The position numbers were made by a program, and so were the translations under genes. From Eutreptiella sp. 'Long Island Sound 2002' (taxonomy: Eukaryota; Protista; Euglenida), in contig OZ038378.1 in NCBI GenBank assembly GCA_964036045.1, positions 11,346,001 through 11,410,000 of the forward strand: a stretch of DNA of 64,000 nucleotides, in the 5' to 3' direction. The first letter of the stretch is position 1. Every line of letters starts with the position of its first letter. A model generated the notes under the pieces. The model did not search any database, was not told the DNA's origin, and worked only from the letters and a program-made list of their open reading frames with translations. Shown here in pieces: positions 34,901 through 48,606 of this stretch.

Positions 34901-37900
34901 CATGGACCATCTCTATTTCAGATCGATCCACCCACTTGCACAGTGACTCCTGGTTGTGGAGTTTGGAGATGTTTAAGCAATTACCTCTCTCTGGTGTCAC
35001 CCAGGGCAGTAAACCCGCAAACAACATGGAAAGGTACCAGCCTTGCACACCGGCTTGTTACAGTCACTTGGTCTTATGAGGGACGAAATGTCCCTGTTAT
35101 CACGGTGGAAGCGAATGCATTGTGCATGGTGGGCAACAGTGTGACACGTGTGCATTGTCAAATAACCAAAGCATGGCGCCCTGTACTGAAAACTGGTCTT
35201 GTGCCTTTCAGCGGAATGTAATGGTTCAAACGAAAGGTAATTAGTTGCGGTGTTCACGCGCAGATTTCAAACCCCCACCCGCTGTGGTGTGAAATGCCAA
35301 TGCGTTGGTGGTGCCTTACGGGGTATCATCATGGCAAGGTTCGCACCCAATCAGCAGTCACACAGGCACATCTGCATAGTGTGGCCCTATGAGGAAGGTG
35401 CCCGGTGGTCCACTACTGGTCATGGTCATCGAACAACATCTTGGACCGCTCTTTCGTGCTCGTCTTTTTGTTGTTTAATGTACACCTGCCCCCCTTACTA
35501 AGTGAAATTTCGCCTACCGAGGGAGAACTTTTTTCCAAACCCCCCTCTCCCCGGCTCCAATCACCGCAAGAGCCATCATGCATGCCAAAGGGATTGTGAG
35601 GAAGATGCCATGCTGCGTAACGTGATCCATCCCAGACAGCATGACTTTGCAACCAAGGTTCGTGACGGACGCAACGCGCGCACGGGGGCAGGGAAGGGTG
35701 CAGGCAATGTGTTTGATCCAGTCTTCACTATGAGGGACGTCGTGATGAAAATCTACGCGCATAGCAGCATGTACACCCAACATATGCAGGTCACCGCTGT
35801 GCAACGCTAGCCAGCAAGCAACAGAGAAAAGCACAGAGATCCACGTGTGGGGAAACAGTTGGTTTCCGATTTGGGGGAAACAGAAAACAGTGGGGAGGTA
35901 GCGGAGAGCTCCGGCAAGAGTTTTTGGTGGGGCCCAGAAGGCAAGAGATCAGACGGCCGTCAGACTGGCGGGGTGGATGTACACAGAGCCCTGGCCCTGG
36001 GAGTAGCAGACAAACTGGCAGAGGTGGTGGTCATGCGCTACCAGCGAACTCAGGGACAGTGTGGGACATGCGAGGGGAGACAATGCGAAGCGACCGCGCA
36101 GTATGCAGAGCGTGCACAACCCGGGGCATAGTATGGCTTTGGGCAGGAGGTTCATGACAGATGACCCCTGAGACATGGCAAACACCACAGTCGGTCCCAT
36201 GCTGAGACCCAGTGCGGAGTATCCGGGTCATCGTTCAAGTGTGCCGAACTCCCCCAGTGCGGAAACCGCTTTTTTGCGTTCCCAGACACTGTATAACTCT
36301 GCAGACTGTGCGCTAAAATTGCTGCCCATCCGGATCAATGGAAGCCTCCAACGCCAGACCGTTCCACACGCTACAGGCATTTATGGGTGTGCCACGGTTG
36401 GTTGACCTAGTTTAGGCTGTTTAGGTCGTTTGTTTACCATGTCAAAACGGCCGTCCGGGTTAATATTTGAAATCAAAATGAACGCCGACATATGAGAAAT
36501 TGACGCTGTCGCTCCAAATATGAATGCGCACCAAAAGTCCCTGCAGTCAAAACACATGCAAAACACAATGAAATCGGGTTTATCCACATCAAAACAGTCG
36601 GCATTCAGTCGCACAGCGTCAAAAACATCCAAATGGCACACCCACGGGTGCCTTTACCGCTCTGGGACCCACCGTTTTTTTTTTTTTGAACCAACTCAGT
36701 CCGAGACTGTTCTTATAATACAACTCTGAGACCATCAAATGGAATCAGAAACTGCCCCTTACACTATGTACAATGAAAGAGCTCGATCAAGCTTGTATCA
36801 CCTAAGGTCGTCTGCATTCAAAACGGCCGTAGGCTTAGCCATGGTTTTGCACCGAAGCAGTGACCTTCCCCTTAGAAATACACCTAATGCCCACCCCTCG
36901 CTCAATAAATAGATGATCTATGCGAAGCAGGCTACAACTAGACGAGCACACGAGCTGCATGCTGTCCAAAATCAGCACCAGCCCCGTCATCTACTTTGGA
37001 ACCTACTTACCACATCACCCTGCCGACCTAGGCATAAAGTCATTCGAGCATCATCTATACACAGTGTTTGACTACATCAGCGATTTGGACTTACGTGCTT
37101 GGACAGAGTGGGCCGGGAAGGGGGGGGGGGGGGGATTAGTCGGGTCCGGCAGTGTACAACAGCACTGCTAGTTGTTGACGGCGGAACTGATATGGCTCTC
37201 TATCTCACTGTCTACGTCTTTGGGGTTTTAGAATCCACAATCGGCTGGTGCGTACAGTCCGATGTGTTCCAGCAGTGCACGTAGGAGTGCTGGCTAACTT
37301 AATATTCTGACGTCGTTACCTTTGTATGTGCCGTGTGCTTAGAACTCCCAATTTTTGCCACTGGTTTCCCCGCAGTACAAGTCTTGCCTGCCCATGGACA
37401 GTGGGGTGTGTCCTCACGCAATTGGCAGTATCCTCGGCCTGCAGTCGTTGCACGGTGGTGCAACCTCAGCCCCATGAGTTGCTTCATGTAACAGCGTTCG
37501 CAAAGATGCAGTGGTGGATTTGTGGGGACACAATACATGCACCAGGCAGTGGCAAAACCGAAGCACGAACTCATGAAACCATCAAACATTGAATTCATTT
37601 TCACACCCACAATTAACCACCTTAGCAAAGGCATCATACACCACCGACGGGGCAACAACCAATCATTCTCATCACTCGGAAACATAAGCTCTTAAGAACT
37701 CTCTGTATAAATTTTCCACAATAAAATGCCAACAAAGCCTCCTACAAATCATCGAGTTCTTGCAAATGTAGATCCAGTGGAACATGTGCAGCACAAAAAC
37801 ACAATCTCACACCAGCCTCACCATACGGCACCAATCAACAAAGGACATAACTCTTATCACCGTCCACCGCAGCAACGCACAACCTATTTTCACAGAGCAT

Positions 37901-38092
37901 CCCTGAATTACTGAAGTCCGACGACCCCCCTAGTACACAAACGCAGCATGCATAGAATGGTTTCCGAAAAAAACCAGGCTGACATCTAAACTCTCGCAAC
38001 GCAGAACAAACACTAGAAGACGTAAAAACTTGTTCAACGGGAACCACAAGGGATTCGGTCGGCGCCTCACATGAAACCTACACTTGAGGATC

Positions 38093-38095
<3 letters not shown>

Positions 38096-38131
<36 letters not shown>
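38096..38131. repeat. (TA)n microsatellite
   Basis: Direct reading. Confidence 0.95.
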
Positions 38132-38134
<3 letters not shown>

Positions 38135-39004
38135 AAGGCTTCCATTCGAATCATGGTCAAACTGCGAGGTTCAACATTCCTACACTCCTACGTTGCTGCA
38201 ATAACCATGAGTTCGTAGTTCATGTGTGGGCCTTGCAGTAGCCCCTAGCACACTGCATCTGTTGACGCACTACACGTCGACTATTCACAGTTGTCGAGAG
38301 TCGTAGCAATAACATTTGACGGCAAAATTTCATTACCGAAATCATCAGTTCTCACATTGGAACGCAACGACAGCTTGGGTTTCAAGATGCCAACAACATG
38401 ACTCAATCTGCGAACTTTTTTGCAGAACTGACATTTCGAAAACTTACACAAACTTTCGTCCGATAGAACCATTAGATCCAAGAAATCGGCCAAGACAGAA
38501 AAATCGACAATTCAAAGAAAATGCAAAATCACGTTGAATCGATTATTCAGAACAAATAAAATCAAATCCACACTGGAAACTCAATCAATCTGCAAATCCG
38601 CAAACCCGCCAGCGCGCGCACTGACTCTTACGACCCCCTGTCGGAGTCCCAAAGGGGAGCACTTGCTTGGGTGGCACCTTGACGACCCTCATCAGGATTC
38701 CTTGGGGTCAGGTTCGGGACTTTCGGCGCCAAAAATGCGGGACCTCGGCCCCAGGATCAATTTGGCCACAACCCAGTAGCTCCTCAGAACCCTACTAAAG
38801 ATCACCACAAAGCCAATCCATACCCCGGATACCAGCCCGTGTAAAGGTCTTTCTGAGCGAGGCGTGTGAGGGTTACATGGGTCATCGTGGGCACCTCTCA
38901 GAGTCCACAGCAATGGACGGAACAGTAACCCGCAGCGCATGAGCATGTGAACATCCTGTAAGCCTGAATGCGCGTACGCTCTGTACATGGGATGAGATGC
39001 CCGG

Positions 39005-39293
39005 TCATGTGTGCTTCTTCACCAGACACCCCAAACCTTTCACCGTCTCGGTCATCACTTTCCCGGCTTTCTCACTGGCGTCTTTCTTAATCGCCACCGC
39101 CCCACCAAAAGGCGTGTTGGGACCGAGGATATCGGTGGGCAGTGCGTCAACGAGGCCAGGGACGTTGCCCAGAGGGCGAATCGCTCGCACACGCGGGTCC
39201 CAAACCCTGATACTGTGTTCGTTGCAGGAGGGATCAGGGGTCCACAGCAGCAATTGCCTCTGCAGATCTCTTGTGGCGGTTCCATCGCTGACT
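39005..39293 (-). CDS. GH5 exon 3 (KVSDGTATRDLQRQLLLWTPDP...)
   Basis: atttgcag acceptor completes AA|A; VSDG...L.W...H.I.V fits the GH5 C-terminal domain. The stop position could differ if a further intron exists. Confidence 0.8.
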
Positions 39294-42200
39294 CTGCAAA
39301 TGAGCAGGGGACAAATGAGAAGGACGGGGACGTGGAGGAGGAGTTTGCAGGGCAAGGCAGGTGTTGTCCCGACAGCACATGCTCCTGCCTGAAATACGGG
39401 AGCCCGTCATTTTCAACTGGTGACCGGTCCGGTGTGCTTCGGACAATCACAAGACCCACAAACACATGCACCAGCACATGGAGGGGCGCCCAGGTGCAGT
39501 CCTTGACCCCGACACCCTTACACATTTTGGCCCCTTGAAGGGGTGGGGGGTGCTGAGACCAAAAATCACCCCTTTGTTTCAACCAGCATGGTATGCAGGC
39601 AATATGCACACCCGTGCACCCCATGCAGCCACCTCCCAGTCTACTCACACCAAAAGCAACCTTGCCGATCATCTCATAATGATCTCCACTCATGTGTGCG
39701 GATTGTGAGTCCATCTCCCCAACCCAAGGGGCCACACACCGGGTCTGTATCCCCAACCCAAGGGGCACACAACGCGTGTGGATTGTTGGTGGTCTTTACA
39801 GTCTAACAACAATAGCATAACAACCATTCCCCATCGCTAAAGGATTGCACACAAAAACACGACAGCGGCGCACAATACCATACCATACCTCATTGGTTGT
39901 TCGTTGCGATTGCCGTTGTACCCATGGGGTTTTCAATAAGCGATGTGCACCACTGAAACGAGCGCTGGGTTCGTATCGTGGCCCGGCGACAAGTTTCACC
40001 CCACGCCAACCACTACCTCGCGCCAAGGCTGAGATTCGAGGACGGGATCTTCAATGAGCAACAAAGGATATTTGTCCCCATTTGTCCCCATGGTGGGGAA
40101 AAATTGATATGGCTGCAAAATCAGAAATGGCTGCACAAATCTTGCCTTCTTGGGGGCTTCGGGAAAATGCCAAAAAAAACTGAGCATTTTGAGTATAAAC
40201 ACGTTGGGCGACCGGTTCTCCTAGCCCCTTCAAACATACCACCAAAATTTTCCCGCGCCTGCAGGTCCAGCCAATTTCTCCAAATTGGCTTGTACGATGG
40301 TCGGGACCTCTCAAACATTTTGGCCCCCTAGAGGGGGGGGTGTGGGGTGGTCAGGGACTGCACCTGGGCGCCCTCGGTGCACCAGTAGGTACGCACACGC
40401 GCGTGCACACACACTTTTGCAAAGACCCCGGGCCCTGTAAGCACTGTAAGCACAGTGATGAAACCGATGGTAATGTGCACGGTCTTGAGTACGTGGCGTT
40501 GTCGTTATTACCATCGGTGCATCACCAGCGCTTAGGGAAGGAATACCAAGAGAACACAATGCCCTAGGTATTTCTGTGGTGGAAAGCGCGAAGATGCATG
40601 ATGGTCGTGGGCATGGTTAGCAGGAGGTGAGGGGTTCAGCCCGCCAATGATCCCCTTCATGGCTTGCTGTTGCAGGTCGCTCTGCACGAGGCTTGCAAAA
40701 TGCACCGGTGTAGCACTGCACATCCCCTCCAACCGAGTGAAGTGCCAAAGACAAGGGTGTCAAGCGAGCTCCAGCTGTCACTAGACGTGAGGATACCTGG
40801 AACCGTGCAGGGGTCATACACGCACGCTCGCTCGCACGCGCGGGCGCACACACAGATATACATACATACACTGTGCTACTATTGGGGGTGGGAGATTTTC
40901 AGTGTACAGCCCGTTTTTTGCAAGCATGACCACAAGGGGCGAAGCAATTGCAAGAAGCAGAATAGAAGCCTTTTCCGACCTTTCAATGCATGCAAAACCT
41001 CTGAACATGCCAAAGGGGGGGTGGGGGGGTTGCCGTGCCATAAAGTCTGAACATGAACATGCCCATGGCGGGGGAGAAGGGGCAGTGTTTTTAGCACCAG
41101 ATACGATGCCAGTGGAGCTTCGACGCGTCATACACTCGCACGACGCAGGGGACGCAGGTCGGTCTGGGGGAAGCAGGTCGGTCTCTAAGCACGGCGACGC
41201 TCAGCGAAGCAAAGCAGGCCTAGTGCACACAACAAGGATGAGCTCGTTTGTCAAGAGTAGCCAGTACTTCGTTGCGATGAAGGTCCACAGTACTGACCCA
41301 ACAAGCACCGCACAAGGGAGGTAGTGGGAGCGGCACACTGTAGTCCCACTGTCCATGGGCTCAATCAACCACGGCCAGCCTGCACACGTCTGGTGGCAAG
41401 ACAGGAAACACGAAAGCAGGCAAATGGGTAGGAGGCTAAGTGACAGGAAATGGAGTTGCAATACTTAAACTGGTACTGCTCATCGTAGTGGAGCCTGGGG
41501 ATGAAGAACACATTTGGGGCTGTTCGGGGAACGTGGGTAAGGCACTTGAACACAAACTCTTTGGTGTCCATGTTGAATTCTTGCACCAATGCTGTGCCAC
41601 TGTAGGCACGTGCATGGGGCCGAACCGCTGCTACAATGGCACGCCCTCCATCATCAAGACCACCCACTCCAGTTTTCTGATCCTGGCTGTAGATGGACAA
41701 GTCCTCCCCGTTCCAATTGTCCCCGTGTGCATTGCTGTTGTTGGGGCAATAATTCCAAATTGTGCTGCTTGTAAACTGGACCTGCCACGCAATCGGTACA
41801 AATTGTAGAGGGTGCAGAGGGTGCGGTAGAGGGTGCAGAGGGTTGTAGAAAATAGCCTATGGTCACAGAAGACTGCAAAGGGCTGCACAGGATTGAATAG
41901 GCAGCCCTCTACTGCCCTCTACTATCCTCCATAACATTCATGAGCCCTCCTCAACTGCCCAACCCTGCAACACACTATACCACCATGCACCACCCCACCC
42001 CGATTGCCCTCTGCTGCCTTCTACAATTCTCCAGAACGCACTGCAACCATTGTAGAAGATTGAGGAGAGTTCTTCAGACACAAGGTTGCAGGGAGTCAGG
42101 GAGGGTTGCAGTTGTCAGTAGTTGACAAGGTTGCAGATGCAGAGCGTTGCACTGCGGGGGTGAGGGTGCCAGGGACACTCGAAAATTTTGTAGAAGTTGC

Positions 42201-45178
42201 CTCACAAATACCCGCAACAGGTGGCTCATAACGTATTGAAAAGCGTACCTGAAGGAAAATGGGTCCACAGGAAAAATGGGGGGGAATGGGGGAAGGTTGG
42301 GGGAAGGTTGGGGGAAATGGGGGGAAATGGGGAACTGTATGAGGGAGGAGATGGCGTAAAATGGAGGCATTGCTGAAAATGGGGGCATAGTGTCACACAA
42401 GTGGGAAATTTGTTGGGAAATTGGCCATGCAGCCGCCCAGCATGACGTGGGTAGGGCCCCAGGTCGCGCATCCTCAAGCCTCAGGTCCTCTTCCCCTCAG
42501 CCACTTTCCCCAGAAACTGCGGGCAACCCAATGTCCGATGGTTTCTTTTGCTCCAACCTCAAACACTTCACTTGCTTGGACAGCCATTCCGCAGATATCC
42601 ATTCCCTCTCCAGCTCCCTAGTGACTGTCACAGGAACATACTTCACACCCTCGTACTCATGAAGGTGCTCCACAATGATGGTGAACAATGGGCAAACAAC
42701 ACTACCATGGAAGGATGGGGAGTGGAGCACAAGGGAACCCAGAGAATGGTGCCTCCTCGCATCGCTTGACCCCGCTGTTCCAACCCAGACCCCTCCATTA
42801 TTCCACATAGTCGCCCCCTTTTTCCATTATCACTCCACCAGTGCCCCCCTCTCCAATTGCCAACAAGAACCTTGTGTCAAGCATGTCATTTCCGACATTG
42901 CCCATTTTTTCTATAAAAACCACTGCGGTTTCTCAATTACCCCCAGTTTCTCCCCATTTTTCTAAGCAGCCTGTCACCATTGCACTCCCTCCCCTCCCCG
43001 AGGGCCAAGAAGGAATAACGCCCCAAAGTTCCCCAATTTTCAACGAAGCATCCGAAAATGTCTGCCATTTCCCCCGATTTCTCCCCATTTTCCCTCGATC
43101 GGTCCATTTTGAGGATGGTGGCATGGTGACGTGGCGGAAACGGGTACTTCTGAGCACTGGAAATCCATTGATCAAATCATTTGTGTTTGGCCCCAAAAGC
43201 TGAAAAGACAATTCTATTTGCGATTTTTTCCACAGCTATGCATTTTGCGCAACCTTCTACCATAGCAAGGACCGTAAAAAGATGAAAACGAATGATTCAA
43301 TTTCAAAATTTTGCGATTTTTGTGCAAAAACTACTCTTGTGTGAACTCGTTTGTACACAGTGTTGTCACCGTTCAAGGCTTTGACGCACTACATCCACTT
43401 GGACAGATTCAGCACTACACCAACGCCATATATGTGCATCCCTTGCCCCTGCCTCTGCCTATGGACACACTGTTGGGGTTGGTAAACGCATTCCGAATTG
43501 CTCTAATTCATCATCAATGCGCACCTAATCTACACCTAAGCTGCTGCTCTGGAGCACCTTAGGATGATTCAGCTTTGACAAACCAGTCAGGCAAATGCTG
43601 CTGAGATACCCATCACCTAGCTCCGACTGCTGCGCTACAGTCGTGTGGCATGCCCCATAGTTCAGTGCAGCACAACACATCCTACCAAACGCAACACACC
43701 TCGAGTGCAACCAGTACACCATCCATGCACTGCTCCTCAGCTCGGAAGTTGTTTGTCTTGAACGACTTGCCGTGATGCAGGCCAAATGGGATGCCCGTTT
43801 CCCCCACCACCAAGGGACGCCCCCCCATGTTCTGGGCCTTGCGGTGAAGGTCCTTCACCCCATGCACTTTGGCCTTCTCTGCCTGGCTCCAGCCCAATGC
43901 TGGTTTGTCCACATCCCATGCCAGCCATGTCCGGTACGACCCCGTCACCAGCGGAATGCCGTCATACCAATGGTCTGCACAAACCGTTTTGTCGGCCGCA
44001 GCCTCGGCCGCATTCAAGTGCAGTTCCGGCATGCCGGGGGGCGAGAAAGGTGCGTCCTCCACAAAAATCCATGCGTCGGGCTGCAGTTCGTGGATGGCAG
44101 CCGCAAAACGTTTCATGAACGGCACATAGAAATCGCTGTAGAAGTTCAGGCCCTCGCCGTTGTCGCGCTTGGCAAAGTGGTGCGGGCGCAGCAGCTCAAG
44201 GTCATTGCCGCTGCGTCGGACCACGCCATTCGCCTCCCAGACGCAGGGCATGTCCGGGCGCCAGGGCCGCGCCCCGCGGGGGTTCAGACACCGGGTGCCC
44301 ACGTGCTTGAAGCCGAGCTTGCCGTGGTCATACACGTCGGCGGTCACCGAAAGACCACTGCTGATCCGCAGGCTTTCCATTGGGGTGAGGCAGGGCCCGA
44401 GGGTCAGCTCCCATTTGTAACTGTTCAGATCCTCGATGCCGATCCAGCCCATATTGGGCTCATTCATGACCCCGTACCCCACCACGTGCGGCAGGCCCGC
44501 CAGCGCACCCACCACCTTCTGCATGCACGCCACGTAGTGGCGCTGCAGGTACTCCTGAATGCTCTGGCCCCTGATCCGCGTGTTCGGGGCCAGGCACCCG
44601 CCCCCGTAGAACAGCATGAACATGGTGGCGCACGCCAGTTTGGTGTAGTTGGTGGGCCACACCATGTGGGGCCAGTCGTCGCGGTGCGTCTGGTGCACCA
44701 TCGCAGCGCCAGTCGTGGCAAGGCTCGGAAGATCAAAGCCCGCGGCTTCGAGGGTCCAGCCCGGGGCACCACTTCCTCCCGTGAACCGAGACCAGGCGTC
44801 CTGATGGGGGTCGATCCACACCCAGAACCCGTAGTCGTGGGCTTTGGCGACCACTGCCCGCAAGTACGTGAGGTACTCGTCGTCGTAGATGCCGGGCCCT
44901 GCGTGCTCCACGGCCTCCCAGGTGATCACAAAGCGCAGGAGGGTGTAGCCCCACTGCCGGAGGCGTGCGTAGTGCTCATCGGCATTGGACAACGGGAAGG
45001 GCCGGCCCACAAAAGACACCTCCCGGTGCCGGTAGAATGCATCGAGGTTGTCGCGACGCCAGGTGAATCCACATGGGGTGCTGGGCATCTTGCTCTCGCC
45101 GCTGAGGTTGATGCCACGGAACTGGACCGTGCGGCCTTCCTCATCAACAAAACGGCTGCCTTCGATCCGCAGAGGCAT
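39005..45178 (-). CDS. Glycoside hydrolase family 5, endoglycoceramidase-related (EGCrP/Egh1-like steryl- or ceramide-beta-glucosidase), about 694 aa, 3 exons
   Basis: join(45178-43700, 41781-41465, 39293-39005). Motifs RGINL, VSFVGRPFPL, TWEAVEHAGPGIYD, IDPHQD, acid/base MNEP, HWYD, nucleophile GETGIP, TIWNYCPNN..GDNWNGEDLSIYS, C-terminal VSDG beta-domain. Confidence 0.93.
41465..41781 (-). CDS. GH5 exon 2 (VQFTSSTIWNYCPNN...YQF)
   Basis: gtggcag acceptor, GTATTG donor (phase 2), conserved WNY and EDLSI motifs. Confidence 0.92.
42250..43110. repeat. Diverged long inverted repeat (foldback) in GH5 intron 1
   Basis: (gggggaaat)-type tract at 42250-42425 mirrored by (atttccccc)-type tract at 42850-43110; flanking words cacaag and ttgttgg-aattgg are also mirrored. 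Confidence 0.65.
43700..45178 (-). CDS. GH5 exon 1, 1479 nt, containing both catalytic glutamates
   Basis: Continuous ORF from MPLRIEG to VALE, donor GTGTGT. Confidence 0.95.
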
Positions 45179-47042
45179 CGGAGGTCTATTTGATGAAAAG
45201 GGCCAATGAGACCTACCAAAGCACGAACTGCAAGGTTCGAACTGTTGATTGCCCCGCTGCTGAGCCGACCTACAATGCGCCTCAGAAATCACCCATTGCC
45301 GGTCGGCAGGTTAGCAAAACCGCCAGGGCTACAAACACTCCAATCACTCCAGACAGTGAGGCAGGCCCTGAGCATACCTTGAGCGGGGACTGGACAGGGT
45401 GAATCACAGGGAGGGAAGAACCATGCAGCTCCGGCACACCCCACACCACTCACTCCTTTCCCTTGTTCCACCCTGAATGTGGCGTGACGTCCTTCCTTTG
45501 CGAAATTGTTTGGAGACGTTTGTGATCATCTGCATGTGCTCCGGACTTGGTTTGACGTAAGGGGTGCTAAAAGGCCATGAACAATTGATGAATCACTGGA
45601 GTTGAGCCAGAATGTTGAATTGCCTCTAACCCCAGCATCTGCCTTCCTTACCCCTTTTCTTACATCACAATTCAGTTTTTCTTGCATTTGTTCTGAATCC
45701 CGAGCTAAGTGCCACTTCTCCATCTCCGAAAATTAGTGAATACTCAATGGAGCTCATCATTCCCTTTGCGTTTCCCCACTACCACTTGCACTTGACTTCG
45801 CCCCCATCAGTGTCATTCCACACTTGTCCCTCACCAATCTATTTCCTTCTGGCTCTTGGATTTGTAATCCATGCTTGCAATGGGGGAATCCTTGCACTGC
45901 GCGCGCACTGCGCACTACTTTTAGACTATGTTTCCCCCGAAGAGCCCCCAGGCACGCCCCTTGGAAACGCCCTTAGAATTATGCGACCCAAACTGCCCCA
46001 GCTCAAGAAAGTTGCAAACTACCTTCACTCGTGCTGGCAATCTCGGTCAGCCAATCCTCAGCATCCTCGACGGGAGGTTTAGACACATGTTCCCTAGGCA
46101 TTTCCCAGTCTTCAGAGGACTCATGCCCTGCAAGTGTGACAGAGGTGTGCTCAGGACATCGTTTTTTGAGCCACAATTTTCGGCTATAACCTCTTTAAGC
46201 ACTACTTGATCCAACTCGCACAGGGGTACAGGGTTTAGAGTTCCATCGACGATGATGCCCCAAGTACCACAAAATATGGCTTTCTACTACGGCCAGACGC
46301 CGAAATAGTTGCATTGTGCGTGCACTGCGCTTAAGGCGCCCCCAATGGATAACTGTCCAACAGTGGTGGTACACCCGGCCTCTGTACCTCACCCTGTGAA
46401 CGTTCCTTTTCTTGATTGTCCTCCACTTGTTTTCTCAACTTCTCTGACTGACCAGTCCTCCAACGTCTGAACACCCCAATACAGTTGCACCCCTCAGGTT
46501 TGCGTACATTCGCGCCATCGCCAAAATATCTGCCCGTTTCCCTCCACCTACCTGTGCACCAGCACAGACACCCATTGAAATTCCTCCCTGGGTTCTTCGA
46601 TCCAACGAGTACCTCTTCCCACGATTCCCACAAGTCTGGTCCTGCTGCGGCATGCTGCTGCTGCGGGGATGGTGGATGCCCAAACGTTCCACCACAGCAT
46701 GCTGCTATCCAGACACATCGTTGCAGCCCAAGAATAACAAAGCCATCGCACAAATACAGTGTGTGTTTGGACCCCAACCTTTTCACAGTTCAACCCAATG
46801 CCGGTAGGCATAGCACATGCAACAGGTTTAGAGGATGTGCCTGCCACACACAGGCGCGCGCGACAGCACTACACTCCCCCCCCGACCTTCCCCTGGCCCA
46901 AACAGTAGTAAGAGGGCCAAAAATTGCAAAAACAACGCCCTGTGCTGTTAGGGCATTGTTTGCATACAGTTTCAAGAGCACACAAGAAGGACCGCAATAG
47001 CCTCCATACTGAATCAGAGATCGGAATGTTCACTGGGGTCCA

Positions 47043-48606
47043 TTGGTAATGAATAGAAACTGGACTGAAGGTCTGACGGAAAATCCCAGTAGATGTGGCC
47101 ATATAAACCAAATGGAGAGTGATCATCTTTGTGAGAATTGGGGAATTGGTGTGGTTTGTACATGTCAGATTCGTCAATTTGAGGTAAGAAATGCGCTCTT
47201 TGAAGCCAATCGGTCGTTTGATTTGCACGTGTTATCATCGAGCCTGTCACCTGCGTGCAGGGCAGATACTACCATGCAGGACGTGGTATTCCCCGCGAAC
47301 GCTTCATATCCACCTCCAGAAAGGCCCGCAAACAATCAAAGCAGTGACACAAACACTTCAAGCTGTTTGGGTGCTGCTGGGGTGAAAGTGGGTGGGTGTT
47401 CCGTAAAGGCTGGTCAGGCACCGTGCGGTGCAAACAGTGTTTTGTGTGGCTTGCTTTTGCTGATCGGGGGCGTTCGTGTAAATCAGAGTGGGGAAGGAAA
47501 AGCGAATTTGGTGTGTGTTCGCATGGAATGGAGATGCCTGCCCACTGCTCAACATTGCAGCATCACTGCCCCCATGGTGTCAAATTCCCCGCCAGTGCCG
47601 ATAGGATTCACGTGCAGACACTCCCGTGACCGTGAGTTTGGATGGTGGTGGTCACTGCTGATGACGTGGGAAGTGCAACACAGTGCTGGAGGGTGCGTGT
47701 CACCAAGGGTCAGGCATCAGTACGCGTTGCTGCATTTCCAGCAATCGGGGGTTGGTGTGAGCTGCGATGGAAGGGGAGGGGGAGGGGGGGAGCAGGCGCT
47801 TCTCAGACAGCAGAACGGACTTGCGATGGCGTGCCGATATCAGGTCCACTGCTGGCCTCCCTCCACCTCCACGCATCAGACGTTGGGTGGGCCCTCGTCG
47901 AAAACGCGCCAACGTGCTCATTATGTACTCGTGGATAGGGACCCTTCACGCGATTTCTACAGCTACGAAAGGGGCCGGGGCTCCATCCGCGCGGGGCCCA
48001 GAGTGGCTGTGCAGTGTGGCCACGTGGGCGAGGGGGGTGAGTCTCCAGGATGAACAGCAGCACCGGGCACATGCATGTGAAGCGGGAGGGGTAGCCCACC
48101 ACCAACTCTCGGGGCGACAATTTACTCTACCCCAACCGCGTAGTTCCGCTGCCAACGGCCCAGCAACAGTGTTCGTCACCGCCAGCCCTTGCCTCCCAAC
48201 TGCTTCTCTGATCCCCAGCACCCACTTTGGCAACCGCTTTTGAAACCTTCCCATCAGCCTCTTGCCCCCTGCAGCGCATCCCTGCCCCAACGCCGCGTTC
48301 CGCGGACAGCGTTCCACGCGGCATTGGAAGAAACACAGGGGCCCCGGCAGGGGTGTGTTGAGTACTGGACGAAGGGGGCAGACAGACCGCCGCCACCCCT
48401 GGCTGGCGACTCCTGAGCATGAGGACCGGGACCATGGCTACTGGATCCGGTTGCCATTGGTCGGGTCCTACCCGGACTCAAATCTGATGCACCCATGGTC
48501 AGCGTTCTGTGATGTCGACAGGGCTGCGAAGCACGATGGACTTGTGTTTATTATGCACAATCCCTGGACTTCAGCTTCGGATGTAACGAATGTGCCTGGG
48601 GTCTAA
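47043..48606 (+). mobile_element. Possible decayed DIRS/YR-type retroelement RT-RNase H remnant
   Basis: 336-codon open frame, plus motif fragments across frames in DIRS-like order (EFGWWWSLLMTWE; LHLHASDVGWA; W...EQQHRAHACE; GDN). No intact YxDD; similarity judged by eye only. Confidence 0.3.

Noticed and set aside
41228-41306. Alternative GH5 terminal exon (TVDLHRNEVLATLDKRAHPCCVH*)
   Set aside because: Exon 39293-39005 supplies the family-typical VSDG C-terminal strand in the correct phase.
43772-45193. 473-aa plus-strand ORF
   Set aside because: Antisense shadow of the GC3-rich GH5 exon 1; no recognisable motifs.
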